Shown here one piece after another: positions 39,838 to 52,220 of a stretch of 64,000 bases of DNA. The DNA is taken from assembly GCF_009914755.1 (NCBI RefSeq), contig NC_060934.1, one strand, 5' to 3'. Under the pieces are notes generated by a model that saw only the letters and a list, made by a program, of their open reading frames with translations, had not been told where the DNA came from and did not search any database. The translations under genes and the position numbers were made by a program. The DNA is from the human T2T-CHM13v2.0 reference genome, Homo sapiens. Each line of letters opens with the position of its first letter. Position 1 is the first letter of the stretch.

Positions 39838-40120
39838 GTTCTTGCAGCCGTCCGGCCAGCCCCGCAGGGCCGTTCATGCTGTCATCCACTTGCTTTTGCT
39901 CGTCCTCGCGCCTAGTCGCCCCTCATGTCCTGCTCGTTCGGGGCCCCGTGGCCGCTGGCGTCACCCGTCAGGCTCCCTCGGCTACCTCTCCTGGCTCCGG
40001 ACGGACGGCTCGCCTTGGACTACATAAACCTCGATGCATTATTTATCCATCCCAGAATTAATTCCCATCCAAGCGGACCATTAAAGCCTCAGTAATCACT
40101 GCTGATCAATCACTGGACCA
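39838..40120 (-). other. ARHGAP22: Putative 5' UTR part of exon 1 (TSS approximate)
   Basis: Lies between the GC-box cluster and the ATG within the CpG island; the exact TSS cannot be read from sequence. Confidence 0.6.
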
Positions 40121-40740
40121 GGGCGGGGCAGTCCCTCCGCCTGGCCTGGGCGCACGCGTGGCTGTCCAAGCTGAGCGCGGGGGCGGGGCGGGGCCGAGAG
40201 GGGCGGGGCCAGCCAGAGACGCGGGGCGCGGTCCTGGCCCGGGAGAGGGTACTGGGGTTCCGGCCATCCTTTGCTGAGGCTGGAAGAAATGCGCCTTTCA
40301 GCCGCCGCCTGGGAGCCGCACTCCCTGCCAAGCCCGGGTGGGATAGCGCTTTGGTGAGAAGGTAGCCGAGACCCCCCCCCCACCCCAGAGCCCAATCCAC
40401 GGGGACCCGCTTATGAGCTCACTGTTTTACGTGTTGAAAGTCAGGTGTGTCTGGGAAGGAGCAAGCAGCCCGGCAATGTAAACTCCTCAGGAGACTCCCA
40501 ACAGGAAGATGCCTGTTAGGGATACTATTTATGCCTCTTTAGTAAGGTGACAGGAATAAGAGGGCAGGAAGCACTTAACTCAGGGCTCTTCATAGGAAGA
40601 TCTGAATTGAATAGTGAATCTCTGCTAATTGCCATGTTTCTGTTTGATGCTGGCATAATTTTAAAGGGTGTATACTGGGGCTTTGTGAGGAGCGGAATCC
40701 AGCCTCAAGATGCTAAAAATTACCCAAGGAATGCAATCAT

Positions 40741-40975
40741 AACAATAGCTATCATTTATTAGGCACCTACTATGTGTCAGGCACTGAGGCTGGTGCTTTA
40801 CATTCAATATCTCATTTAACTCTCAAACTCCTGAAGCAGGTGCTATATATATAGCGTTTCAAATCTGGAAAATAAGGCACAGCAAGGTTGAATCACCTGC
40901 CCAAAGTCATACAGTACCGAGCAGCAGGGCGGGCACCAGAACCCAGGGCTGTGTCTACAGCTCCTGCTGCTCTGT
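40741..40975 (-). mobile_element. MIR (near full length)
   Basis: catttattaggcacctactatgtgtcaggcac...atctcatttaa...cctgcccaaagtcatacag. Confidence 0.8.
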
Positions 40976-43013
40976 GATGCCAGCCTCTCCACCCTATTCC
41001 CATCACTGCATGGTAACAGCTCCTGGCTTGAGCCCCCGATGAACTTGCTGAACGGTGACCTGCCTCTGTGCCCCTGATAATCACTCCGTGTATCCTCTTA
41101 GGCATCTGAGCTTGGGTCTGGCTATTTGGGCCTGAGAACTGTGTGACCCTTTCAGTAGCTGGTAAAGAGGGATTTGAACAATGCCCTCCCCTGCTCAGAT
41201 GGCCATAGCCTCCATCTGACCCTCCACACTCCCTCGAGTGCCCCATGTCCACAGATCCCCAAGTGTCCTATTGGTATGTAATCAACTTTAGCAGCTGTAG
41301 AGGGAGAGAGCCCACCAGGAGATCACTGTGGCAGTCCTCCCTAGGGAACAGTGTGCCCTATGGAGAGGGGAGGACTGCAGAGTAAGAAGAAAGACTCACC
41401 AGGATGTGGTGAGCCACATGGCCAAGCTGGTGGGAGAAGGTAGAGTCCATGGACACAAAGCTATCTTACTCAGCATCAAGTCACTTGTTCTGGTCTTCAG
41501 CTACTCCTCAGAGGGATGAATGAGTACCTTGGCATAACATTCCAGGTTCTTTCATGGTAGCATCCATGGACTCCTCTCTGACCTATCTCTTGCCGATGCT
41601 CTATACAACCATATGCACATACAGCGCCTGCTCCTGTGTGCCCCAGTGACTTTGCACATGCCTTGCTCCTGTGTGTTCCTGTTCTTGCATGTGCAGCCCC
41701 TGCTGTCCTGTGCCTCTGTGTTTTTGCACATGTAGCTGTGTCTTTGCACGTGCAGTTCCCTCTCTCTGGAATGCCCTTCCTCACATTGCCTTGTCCTCTT
41801 TGGGCAATTCCCCAATGAAATTCTCCTGATTCCACCAGCAGAATGAGCCACTAAGCACTTCCCCTGGGCCCTTATCTATGTCCCTGTACTGCCCCTCTTG
41901 TACGCCCTCCCTGAGCCCCAGGCTGACTCAGGCCAGAAGCCTCACAGGAAACTCTGGCTTCATGGGCAGATCCAAGAAACACCACTGAATGACAGAACTG
42001 ACCTCCTTTTCCTTTAAGGCCAGGTACAAGCCCTGGTTGGGACAGGGGCCACCCATGAGGAGTGGGGAGAATATCAAGCTAGAAAATCTCATGTCGACAC
42101 CAGGGTCACAGGGCAAGTCCTGTGGCTTGTGACAATGTCTTGAGCAATCAGGAAGCCATTTGTGAGTAATGCAGCCTGGACCACTTCATCCAAGTCAGAG
42201 GCAAGGAAATGCCCTGAGACTTAGTCTGGGTCCACTCACGCTTGTTTTGGTTAAGAAACCACCCCCAGGCGCTTTTCCTGTGCAGCTGTTTTCCCTGATG
42301 ATATTAAGTCACTGTGTTCACTCGCCTGCTTTTCTGGGGATCAGAGCTGGGCTCACACCCCAGAAGTCAGGCTGGGAAAAGGGCAGGAGTTGATCTACGT
42401 TCTGCGTCTGAGAAGGCTGGGGGAATGGGGCAGGTGGGCAAAGTAGCTCTTTTCTCCTCTCCAACCTCAGACTGTGCTCTCAGTACTTCCTGAGATGAAG
42501 GGTCCACAGAGGCAGGAATTGGAGCCCCTTCATCCTGAAGTTTACCAGCCCTGATCTGCAGGGCCCTGGGAGCCTCCCACTTCCTCTGGGGTGGCCTGTG
42601 GGAGGATGGAGTGGGGACAAGGGCAGGGCAAGGGGATCTGTTGAACATGTGACCTCCTATAAGCTTTTATTTGAAGAACCAGCCCTACTCTTCTCACTTA
42701 TAAGTGGGACACCCAGACCAAGGAGTGGGAGATACAGGTCTAGCTTAGCAGCGGAGACAGATGCCTCCTTCTCCACTGCCCTGTGCCTGCCTGCACGGTG
42801 CTGCCCCTTTCCAGCAGTGGTCCTAGGTCTGCCTTCACCTGGCTTCCTGCCTTGAATCATTCAGTATTTTCTAAGGGCTGTTCAGGGACAGAAGCTGAGC
42901 ACTGAATGGACAGAAGTCTCCGGAAGGCAGAAGGCATCTATTGAAATGCACACCTGTTGGTGGGATGGCTGCCAATCAGCATCAACTGGCCCAGAGCCAG
43001 GATACCTTCAAAA

Positions 43014-43170
43014 CAGTAGTTCCTAACCTTGGCTGCACATTAGGGAGCTCTGACAGTGAATTCCTGTGTCCCACCCCCAGTGGCTCTGATTTAACTAGTC
43101 TGCAGTGTTTATTGTCATTGGGAGTTGTAAAAGCTCCTCTAGGGATTCAGCCAGGGTTGAGAACCACAGC
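43014..43170. mobile_element. MER5 (hAT-Charlie)
   Basis: TIRs cagtagttcctaacctt / gggttgagaaccacag; ggctgcacattag. Confidence 0.8.
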
Positions 43171-43757
43171 TTTAGAAGACAACTACACATGGGGTGTTTG
43201 CTGGCTGCCATCCTAAGGGAGATTCTTCTCAGGGAGAGGCACATCTGCGAATAAATCTCCTGGTCAGAAAGTGGAAAGGGCATCTGTCCCAAGCCCCAAC
43301 TTGAGACAACTCCACCCAGAGCCACAGGTGCTGTTGGATGGTCTGTGCACTGCTCAAAGGTGTCCAGTAGAGGGAGGTAAGGAGGCTGAATTTGGGCTCC
43401 ATTGGCAAAGCCCTGTGTTCCAGCACAGGGAGGTGGGGAGGTGTGCAGCTAGAGGAGGGAGCTTTCCTCTAATTTGCACAAAGGCGACATATAGATAGCA
43501 AAGCCCTGCTTCCCCTGTTCCAGAAGCTGCATGGAGGACCAGAGTAAGCCCTTCTGGAGGCAGAGGAGAGAAACAATGCTACTCTGGCTTTGTGATGCCT
43601 GCCCAGGGGTCACCAGCACCTGGGTCCCCAGCCTGCCTGCTTAGTGCACTCTCTGTTCCTGCTGCCAGGAGGTCGATGCCGCAGCTCCCTTGCATGTCAC
43701 TCAAGGTCTTCATGGGCAGCTCCCACCCTCATACTTTGGTTTCTCCTTCTGTCTATC

Positions 43758-44200
43758 CCAGTAGTGGGCCGGACCAGCTGGAGAGTACCAATGACATAAC
43801 TGATTGTTAAATTTTCAGGAGTTTTGTAAGCCAGTTGTTTAGCAAGAACATCATTAGAAATTAATGTATATAAACTTATAATTAAATAAACTATTTAAGA
43901 CAAAGGTAACAAGCACTAAAAACTCATAATTTCCAAATCATTTTACTACATTTTATTATTCTTCAGGTAATTGACATCTATTGTTTCTACATGGTGGATA
44001 ATATATACTGGGTTGCTGCCATGCATCTCTTCTCAACTCTAATGTTCAATGACATCATGCTGGTAGTTTGAAATTGAATGTTGTGGGAGTATTTACACCA
44101 AGAAAACTAGCAAATGCAGTAAATCAGAGCTTAGATGTCTTGTTTTGTTTTGTTTTTCTTCTACAGAGCTGGTTGTTAAGCATTTGTCAGCACACCTCTG
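43758..44200. mobile_element. MER63-like (hAT-Blackjack)
   Basis: gattgttaaattttcagga..ttt...gtgggagtatttacacca...gagctggttgttaagcattt..cagcacacc.ctgg. Confidence 0.75.
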
Positions 44201-44251
44201 GCCCATTTCCACCACATTCACTCTGTCTGCCCCAGTCACTGTAGACTCCCT

Positions 44252-44667
44252 GTTCTAGGCAGAGGATGCCAGCTCTCCACCTGAATCTGTTCTCCCCTTC
44301 TTCCTGGGAACACACAGATGTTCTACATTTCCAGCATCCTTGCAGTTAGGTGTGACTGCATCCTGGCCATTATACATGAGCAGAAGTGATGTGGTTACTT
44401 CTAGGCCTGGCTTCCAGGATTCCTTCTCTTGCTACCCTTCTAAGCTCATTTCCCTTTTCTGGTTGATTGGGATGGGACCACTTTGGAATTCCCATGTAGA
44501 ATATGGTAGAATCCCTGCAGTCTGGGGCTCTGAATGACTGCATGGAGCCAAGCCCTCACTGTCAACCTGGAAGTATCTTGAGAGAAAGAGAAATTAACTT
44601 ATACTGTATTGAGTCATTTCATAGTTGGTCCTCTTCATTACTATAGCCGACATTCTCACTGGGTACA
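44252..44667 (+). mobile_element. MLT1 (MLT1I-like) LTR
   Basis: ctacatttccagcatccttgcagttaggtgtg...gcagaagtgatgtg..cttctaggcctggc. Confidence 0.75.
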
Positions 44668-45629
44668 CACTCCACTCTGCCTGCCCTTTTTTGCCTCTTG
44701 AACTTTGATGCATCCCTCTGGACCTTGTTCCAGCACCACCTCCTCACTCAGTGCTGTATGGAGTTCGGCACCTTTAACATTTCCCATTTCTTCCATGCCC
44801 AAGGCCACGGGGACCTTCTACAAGGCCTGTTGCGAGATCTTTAGAGGAGTACGAGTTTTTCCTGCCCCCTCACCCATAATTTAAATATCATCTATATACG
44901 AAACCTATCATATGCTGAATTAAAAAAATTCTTCCTAGATTTTTAAATTGGGAAACTGTGGGATTCATCAAAGGTGAACTTTTGCTCCACTTTGGTGGCC
45001 TTGCCCTGCTTGTACTGTAAGCCTGTCCTTGGTCTTCCTGCCATTGGGCACTTGGGCACTGCAGGCTGCTCTGTCATAGAGGGAATGGCCTTTCTCTCCA
45101 CCCACTGTTCCTGGCTTCAGCTCTGCTGCCTTGGGCCTAAAGTCTGTCTCCGCCCTTTGGCTCCACCATCTCTGTCCCCTTGCCTTGGCTTTTCATTTCA
45201 GTTTTGCCCACACCCTGCAGTCCATGGCATACCCTCCCTTTGACAGCTCAGGACCCCAGAAGGGGTCTAAAGCCTGGACTTCTACCTATCTGGGGTCTTT
45301 GTTGTCTTGGGATCCTGAACAGAAGGACAAAGACGCAGAATTAGGCACTAGGAAACCACCCAGACATACCGAGCAAGAGAGTTCAGACCGGAGCACAGAG
45401 GCTTTGCTTGGAAAGCCCCTGGATTGCAACCTGTATCCTTGGGCATGATTTCTAGAGTCATTCAGCCCTGGTCTGTGGGAAAGGTGACTTAGGGGCACTG
45501 CATTGGCTCAGGCACCATAACCATAACCTTTTGTTCCAACCACTGTTGTAGCACTTGTCACACATCACCTTTAACTTTGCAACAGTTAAGTCAGAGGATG
45601 CCTAGTGTGGGCTGAATAGATGAATGAGT

Positions 45630-46010
45630 GGTGCCTCAGCTGGGTTCCAGTGGCAGATGCTGAGGTAAGAGTTTTTTTAGGGATTAACATTTTGCTCAGG
45701 AAAGGAGGGAAGCAGGGATGGGGAGGAAGGTATCAGAGCACACTGCATACCTGACAGTATTGCTGCCAGCCCAACTGGCGCTCCGAGCAGATGACCCGCT
45801 GGAGGGGTCTGGGTTTGGGCAGAGGTGGCCAGGACTTGTGCAGTCATTGGCTTGGAGCCACCCAAGAAGGGAGTGAAGTTGGCTGTAAAGCTAAGAGTCA
45901 CCCTAAAAGAGCTAACAGCTAGCAGCTGTCAGCTGACTTCACTCCTGCAGTTGGGCAGTGAGTCCTTTTCAGAAGCAGGCTCAGAGCGGCTTAGTTCCAT
46001 GCCTACCACA
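45630..46010 (-). mobile_element. ERVL LTR (LTR33-like)
   Basis: gcctcagctgggttcc..gcagatgctgagg start and ctaccaca end. Confidence 0.55.
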
Positions 46011-46826
46011 CTTGGGCTTTAGAGCTTGCAGACTCAATTTTAAGCCTCTGTAAATGTTGGATTCATGGAAATACTACTCACCTAGGACTCTTTGATCCAC
46101 TTGGACAACTATCTGGGCTGCTCATTGAATTGAGCAGCTTTCAGGTAAAGAATTTATTCAGCTGTAAAGTCTGTGGGTTTCTCACAAGGGGAAGCTTGTA
46201 TTAGAGTGAGTGTGGGACTGATAGTAGCACAGGCTCTGCCTGTGAGTGCTGGGTTCTCACAGGGTACCTTGGAAAGCAGCTTCGGAGGGACCCTAGCTTA
46301 CCAGGTGTGACACCCTGGGCTAGGCAGGGTCCCTGCTTACAGGAGTTAGAGGCTGAGACGAAAGAGTGAAACATGTCCTTGCTATATGGCAGTCCTGTTT
46401 CTGGGTCCTGGGAACATGATGCACTGAGATTCCCAAAAGCTGCCCCCCTTCCTAGAAAAGAAGGGGGGAGGTCGCTGCATCAGCTGCCCAGGCTCCAAAG
46501 GCAACCCCTGCCCTTCCCCAACCGTACCAACAAGGAAGCAGGTCTGAAATGATTCCCTTCCCTGAAACTTAGGTAAAGAGTCAGATTTTAGGTAAAGAGT
46601 CAGATTTTAGAAAATGATAAATCACCATTTTGATCAGCTTTGCACTATTGAAAATCAAGCCTTCTACCTTGAGAAAATAGCTGCTTGTTGAACAGATAGA
46701 AAGAGTGGAAATTTCCCAGGTGCCTTCTCTCATTGCTCACACCTCTCACCACAGTCAAATTCTTCCCTGCCCCACTGTTCTGAGCAGATGCCACACCCTC
46801 GATCCCTCCTGTAACTTCCTCCTGCT

Positions 46827-47176
46827 CCTTTCCCTTCCCTTCCCTTCTCTTCCCTTCCCTTCCCTTCCCTTCCCTTCCCTTCCCTTCCCTTCCCTTCCCT
46901 TCCCTTCCCTTCCCTTCCCCTCCCCTCCCCTCCCCTCCCCTCCCGTCCCCTTCACTTTCCTTCTGCCTCCTGGGTCCATGCAATTGTTCTGCCTCAGCCT
47001 CCTGAGTAGCTGGGACTACAGGTGCGTGCCACCACACCCGGCTACTTTTTGTATTTTTAGTAGAGACGGGGTTTCACTATGTTGGCCAGGCTGGTCTTGA
47101 ACTCCTGACCTCATGATCCGCCTGCCTTGGCCTCCCAAAGTGCTAGGATTACAGGCGTGAGCCACCACACCCAGCC
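46827..47176 (-). mobile_element. AluS (Sg-like), 3' right arm deleted, tail replaced by pentanucleotide repeat
   Basis: Perfect 14-bp TSD aacttcctcctgct at 46813-46826 and 47177-47190. Confidence 0.92.
46831..46950. repeat. (TCCCT)17 then (TCCCC)~7 polypyrimidine microsatellite
   Basis: Counted directly: 17 TCCCT units (one is TCTCT) at 46831-46915 and 7 TCCCC-like units at 46916-46950. Confidence 0.95.
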
Positions 47177-47312
47177 AACTTCCTCCTGCTTTTCTATCCA
47201 TTTCCCCTCCTTTTGCATCTTTAATCCCTCCCTCATTGGTGCTTTTTTCCAAGTTGACAAACTCCCTCAAGTCTTTCCTGCTCTCAAGATTATGCCTCCT
47301 CTTCACCTCATC

Positions 47313-47808
47313 TGTTATAGTGGAATGGAATTTGTTTTTTGGCTGTACCATGTCTAGCCCCTCCCTGTTTTGGAGGTATTCCCCATCTCCCTCTTCGGAA
47401 GCTACAAGAATGGATCTGCTCTATATCTGGCAGGCAGTTGGATGTGGTCATGTGGCTGAGGCTCAGCTGAGCAGATGACCCTGCCTGGGTTTTGAATCTC
47501 ATCTTGAGTGTGACCCAGAGATGGACAGAGTCGACTTCTCAGCACTGGTGGCAGTGATGACACCTGCTGTGATGATGAGGCTTTTCCACAGGTGGCACTC
47601 TGCAGGGGTGTCCTCCCCAGGCTCTTCCTGCAAGAAGACTATACTTGTGCTTCCTGCTTTTAGGCTCTCTGTAGCCACTATCATTCTGTCCATTTTCTAA
47701 CCTGGTCCTCCAGCTTACAAAGGATTTTTCCAATAAATTCTCTTTTCTGGCTTTAGCTGATTTGGATTTCCTTTCTGTGACTCACAACCCACAGAATTCT
47801 AACTGATG
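47313..47808 (+). mobile_element. Old ERVL/MaLR-type LTR
   Basis: ggtcatgtggctgaggctcagc...caataaattctctttt...ttcctttctgtgactcacaacc..agaattctaactgat. Confidence 0.55.
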
Positions 47809-48831
47809 CCCACATTATGCCTCTCTGCCATGTTCCCCATTCCTGTTCTCCTCTCTCACTTCCTAATCCTTTTAAATTGGCACAGATGGTGCAGTCCCCC
47901 ACTTTTCCATTCTCTCACTGATGGCATTTCCTTCCCTATCTCCCCAGTTATACTGTCAGCCTCATCACTGTATGTCTCAGGCTGGAAACCACAGGTCGTC
48001 CTTCAAAACCCTGGACTTTTGGTTAGGACCGATAGTAATCTCAGCTCACCAGAAGGTGCTGCTGGATGATGCCCTCCTACCTCTGACCAACACTTCTTTT
48101 CTCCCAACCTTTTTTTTGTCCTCATCTGTTTCAAAATCCAGCTCCCATCTCAGTGTACACCTTTGGCCTTTGTGAGAGTCTCGTGCACATGTGCTGCCTT
48201 GCTTTAGTGAGGCCTCAGTGACTCTTCTTTTAAGGCTCTCTTGTGTGTCACATGCTTCTTAATGGAGCAGTTTATACTCATCATCATGATATGGCCTCAG
48301 TAACCACTACCACTGTCATGTGACAGAAACTGTTTTCTTGGAGGTCACTGATGAGCATCTAGTTTCCAAATACCCTCAGTACTCATCTATCCCAGTTAAA
48401 AAAAGACAAGGGCTTTATAGTTTAGTAGGAAGATGGTACGTTTGAAGAACCCTTGGTTTGAATTTCTTAAACCAAGCATTCACTGTATCAGTTGATCTTC
48501 TTAATTTCTGGACCATTATTGGAACCAGATAGAAGGAAACTTAAGCCAAACCCAAGTTTCCAGTAGTTCTTAGACCTAGGCCAGACTTCATGGTGCCATG
48601 CCCTTGTGGTATATGACAGAAGTACATCTAAGTGGAGAAGTTTAGAAGAGAATTGGATGTAAGACTATATTGTTTAGAGGAGAGTTTTGGCTAGGAATAT
48701 AACTTTTATAGACCACTGAGAAGAATGTAAAAAAAAAAAAGAATAGAAAAATAGAGAGGCCAGGACCAAACTATGAGAACCTCCAACATCTAAGGATTGT
48801 TAGAAGGAGGACGAAAGTTTACTTAAGGAAG

Positions 48832-49203
48832 TGCTATGGTTTGAGTGTCTCCTCCAAAACTCATGCTGAAATTTAATTGCCATTTTGATGGTATTAAGAT
48901 GTGAGTCTTTAAAGAGGTGATCAGGCCCTAAGGACATTGCCCTCATGAACGAATTAATGTCATTATTGTGAGATTGGATTGTTATAAAAGCAGGGTTGAT
49001 GTTCTCTTGAATGCTCTCTCTTGCCCTAACTTGCCCTTCTGTCTTCGCCTGGGGCTGACATAGCATGAAGGCCCTCACCAGATGCTGGTGCCATGCTCTT
49101 GGGCTTCCCATCCTCCAGAACTATAAGCCAAATACATTTATGTTCACTATAAATTACTCAGTCTGTGGTATTCTGTTATAGCAGCATAAAATGGACTAAA
49201 ATA
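48832..49203 (+). mobile_element. MST (MSTD-like) LTR inserted in an L2
   Basis: Starts tgctatggtttgagtgt; ends ggtattctgttatagcagcataaaatggactaaaata; 5-bp TSD ggaag/gggag. Confidence 0.85.
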
Positions 49204-49589
49204 GGGAGCTAATCAAATATGGGCAGAGAGATGGGAGAAAACCCTGGGGAATATGGTATCATAAAAGCCAAAACAGGTTTAGTGTTTTCACAAGGTAGTG
49301 TCTCACTCTGTCAAATGCTGATGAGAGAGTTAGACAGTTGAGAAGAGGACAGTATTTACCAGATTTGGCAAAGGAGAGTTGTTTATAACCTTAACAAGAA
49401 TAGATTCATTGTAGGAGTGGAGTAGGGTGCCAAACTGAAGTGGATTGAAAATGACTGGTGAATTCCAGTTCCAGGAACATTATGGATTACATGCTACCCA
49501 AATCCCCTTATGAAAAAAGCCCCATACTCAGCATGCTAAATATAATACAGAACACTCATTTTTAAAATAAATAGCTGAGGAAAATGGTG

Positions 49590-52220
49590 TCAGTTAAAAT
49601 GGCAGAGTAAGACATTTCAAAATTCTGTCTCCTGTAGCAGCAGCAGCAACAACAACAAAAAAGTGACAAATCAGTGTTTTGGAATCTAGAAACTAACCAA
49701 CAGCTTGCATCAGCCAGGGGAATGCTTAATCAGGAAAACCCAGCTGAGTCTCAGTAAGAACAGCAAGGTTTGTTGCAATTTAACTTACCCTAGTCCCATT
49801 CCAGCTCTCCAATAAGCAAGAGTCTTGCAAATGACAGCCCTGGTGACAGTATCATTACTGTAGGAAGCACAATGGACTTCATCTGCAAATAGCTAAAATT
49901 ATTTGTTTTGACCTATTTGGTAGTTACCCAAAAGCTGGTTCAAAGGCTTGCCTTCATCTCACCTAACACAGAACTCTTCCAATGCTAAAGCAGATATCTG
50001 TGGAATTTTGTCAAAAACATTTAGAGGAAAATGTTTTACTCACTGCTGCCTCAGGTGGTGGATAATAGTTGGAGCAAAAAATAGACTAACCTAAAGCTCT
50101 GGAGAAAAGGCTGGTAAACAAGATGCTTTGAAGAGTAAGGACTTTGAAAAGCTGTAACATACAAATACACATGCCAAGGTTGTGTGAATGATCAGGAAAG
50201 ACCCAAAAAGACCTGAAACTCTAACCTAAGGCCAACCTCTAGACTCTGCTCAAGCAGAAAGTGAAAGCTAAAACACGGTTGTAAATTTCTGGGCTGAGTC
50301 TTGAAGGCATGCTTCAACACACCCACACAGCAAAAATATGGGAGCACCCCTTGCCCCCAGGTATTTAAAGAAATCTCTGTCAAATCGCTAACTGACCATT
50401 AAGCTAATGGAACAAAGACTTCAATGACCACAGATGATAAAGAATACATAACTCACAAAAATTATTTCAGAAAAGTTATTAAACAAATAAATGATGGAAA
50501 CTATGACAAGCAGCAACAACAGATCCTGGAAAGAAGAGAAAATCTTATTTCCAGAATTGCCATATTATACAATTCAAAGTGTCCAGTTTTCAACAAAAAA
50601 TTATGAAGCATGCAAAGAAACAAAAAATATTGTCCAGAAACAAAGCTACACAAAGTATGGCTTATTTTTTTGATGGGAAAAATCAATCAGTAGAACTGTC
50701 CATAATGGAGCTCAGATATTGGACTTACTAGACAAAGACTTTAAATCAGCTATTTAAAATATATTTAAAGGTTTAAGGAAACCATGTACAAAGATCTAAA
50801 GGTAATTGGGAGAATGATGTATCATCAAGTACTGAACTTCGATACAGAGAAATTATATAAAAAGACCAAATAGAAATTTAAGAGTTGGGAAAGTACAATA
50901 ACTGAAATAAAAAATTCACTAGAGAGACTCAAGAGCAGATCTGAGCTAGCAGAAGAAAAAATTAGTAAATGTGAAGAAGGTCAAATGAAATTATTCAGTC
51001 TGAGGAACAGAAAAAAAAAAAAAAGAATGAAGAAGATGAGCAAAGCCTAAGATGCCTGTGGGATATTGTCAAGTACAAGAACACCCTGTTGTATTGAGCT
51101 CTGCTTTATTGTGCTTCACTTTATTCCACTTGGCAGATATTGCATTTTTTATAAGTTAAAAATCTGTGGCAATGCTGTGTCAAGTGAGTCTATCAGTGCC
51201 TATTTTCCAGTAGTATGTGCTCATTTAGCGTCTTGGTGTCAACATTTTTTGGCAATAAAGTCTTTTTAAATTAAATTATATACATTTTATGCTTAACGGA
51301 CTACAATATAGTGAAAAGATAACTTCCATTTGCACCGGGAAACCAAACATATATGTGGCTTTCTTTTTGTGACATTCACTTTATTGTGATGGTCTGGAAT
51401 TGAACCTGCAATGTCTCCTAGATATGCCTACATATGCATAGAGGAAGTCCAAGAAAGAAAAGAGGAAAAGGAGAAGAAGAATATTTCAAGGAATAATGGC
51501 CACTTTCCAAATTTGATGAAAGACATGACTGTATATATCACAACCTCAATGAATCCCACATAGAATAAATTCAGAGATCTGTACTAAGTCACATTATAAT
51601 CAAATTGTCAAAAGCCAGCGTCAGGGAGAGAATCCCAAAAGCAGATAAATGACTTGTCATACACAAAAGATCCTCAGTAAGATTAGCAGCTAATTTCTTA
51701 TCAGAAACTAGGGAGGCCAGAGGCAGTGGAGTGATGTATTCAAAATGCTGAAACAAAAACCTGTCAACTGAATTCAACATCTGGCAAAACTATCCTTTAA
51801 ATGTAAAACAGCAATCAAGTCATTTCTAGATAAACAAAAATTGAGACAGTTAATTGCTAGCAGACCTAACCTACAAGATCTATTAAAGTGAGTCCTTCAG
51901 GCTAAATGAAAAGACACTAGACAGTAACTGAAATTCACATGAAGAAATTAAAAATAGTACTTAAGATGACCATATAGGCAAATACGTAATTATTAATTTT
52001 TTTGCAACTTCACTTTTCTCATGTTATTTAAAAGACAACTATGTAAGACAACAATTATAAATCTGCATTAATAGGCCCACAATGTATACAGATGTAACTG
52101 GTAGTAATAACATAAATTTGGCAGGGGGGAACAGAGATATATAGAAAAAAAGTTTTGTAATACTATTGATATTAAGTTGGTATTAGTCCAAACTAGAGTG
52201 TCCTAAATTAAAATATGATC
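49590..52220 (+). mobile_element. Old L1M 5'UTR/ORF1 region (decayed)
   Basis: aaaatggcagagtaag start; ORF1-like actagacaaagactttaaa..agctatt, aagattagcagctaatttct..tcagaaac, gcaaaactatcctt. Confidence 0.8.
51076..51430. mobile_element. Internally deleted Tigger1 inside L1 ORF1
   Basis: Tigger1-like 5' (ctttattgtgcttc..cagatattgcattttt) joined to 3' end (gggaaaccaaa...ggtctggaattgaacctgcaatgtctcc..gatatgcct); TA on the left. Confidence 0.8.

Larger units (their letters stand above)
39560..40420 (-). promoter_or_regulatory. ARHGAP22: CpG-island promoter with tandem Sp/KLF GC boxes
   Basis: Only strongly CpG-dense segment in the window. GGGGCGGGG boxes at 40180-40208, GGGCGGGG at ~40121, and NRF1-like GCGCACGCG at 40150-40158. 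Confidence 0.88.

Noticed and set aside
46645-47357. GKGRE / PFPSL repeat ORFs
   Set aside because: Translations of the pentanucleotide repeat and the Alu.
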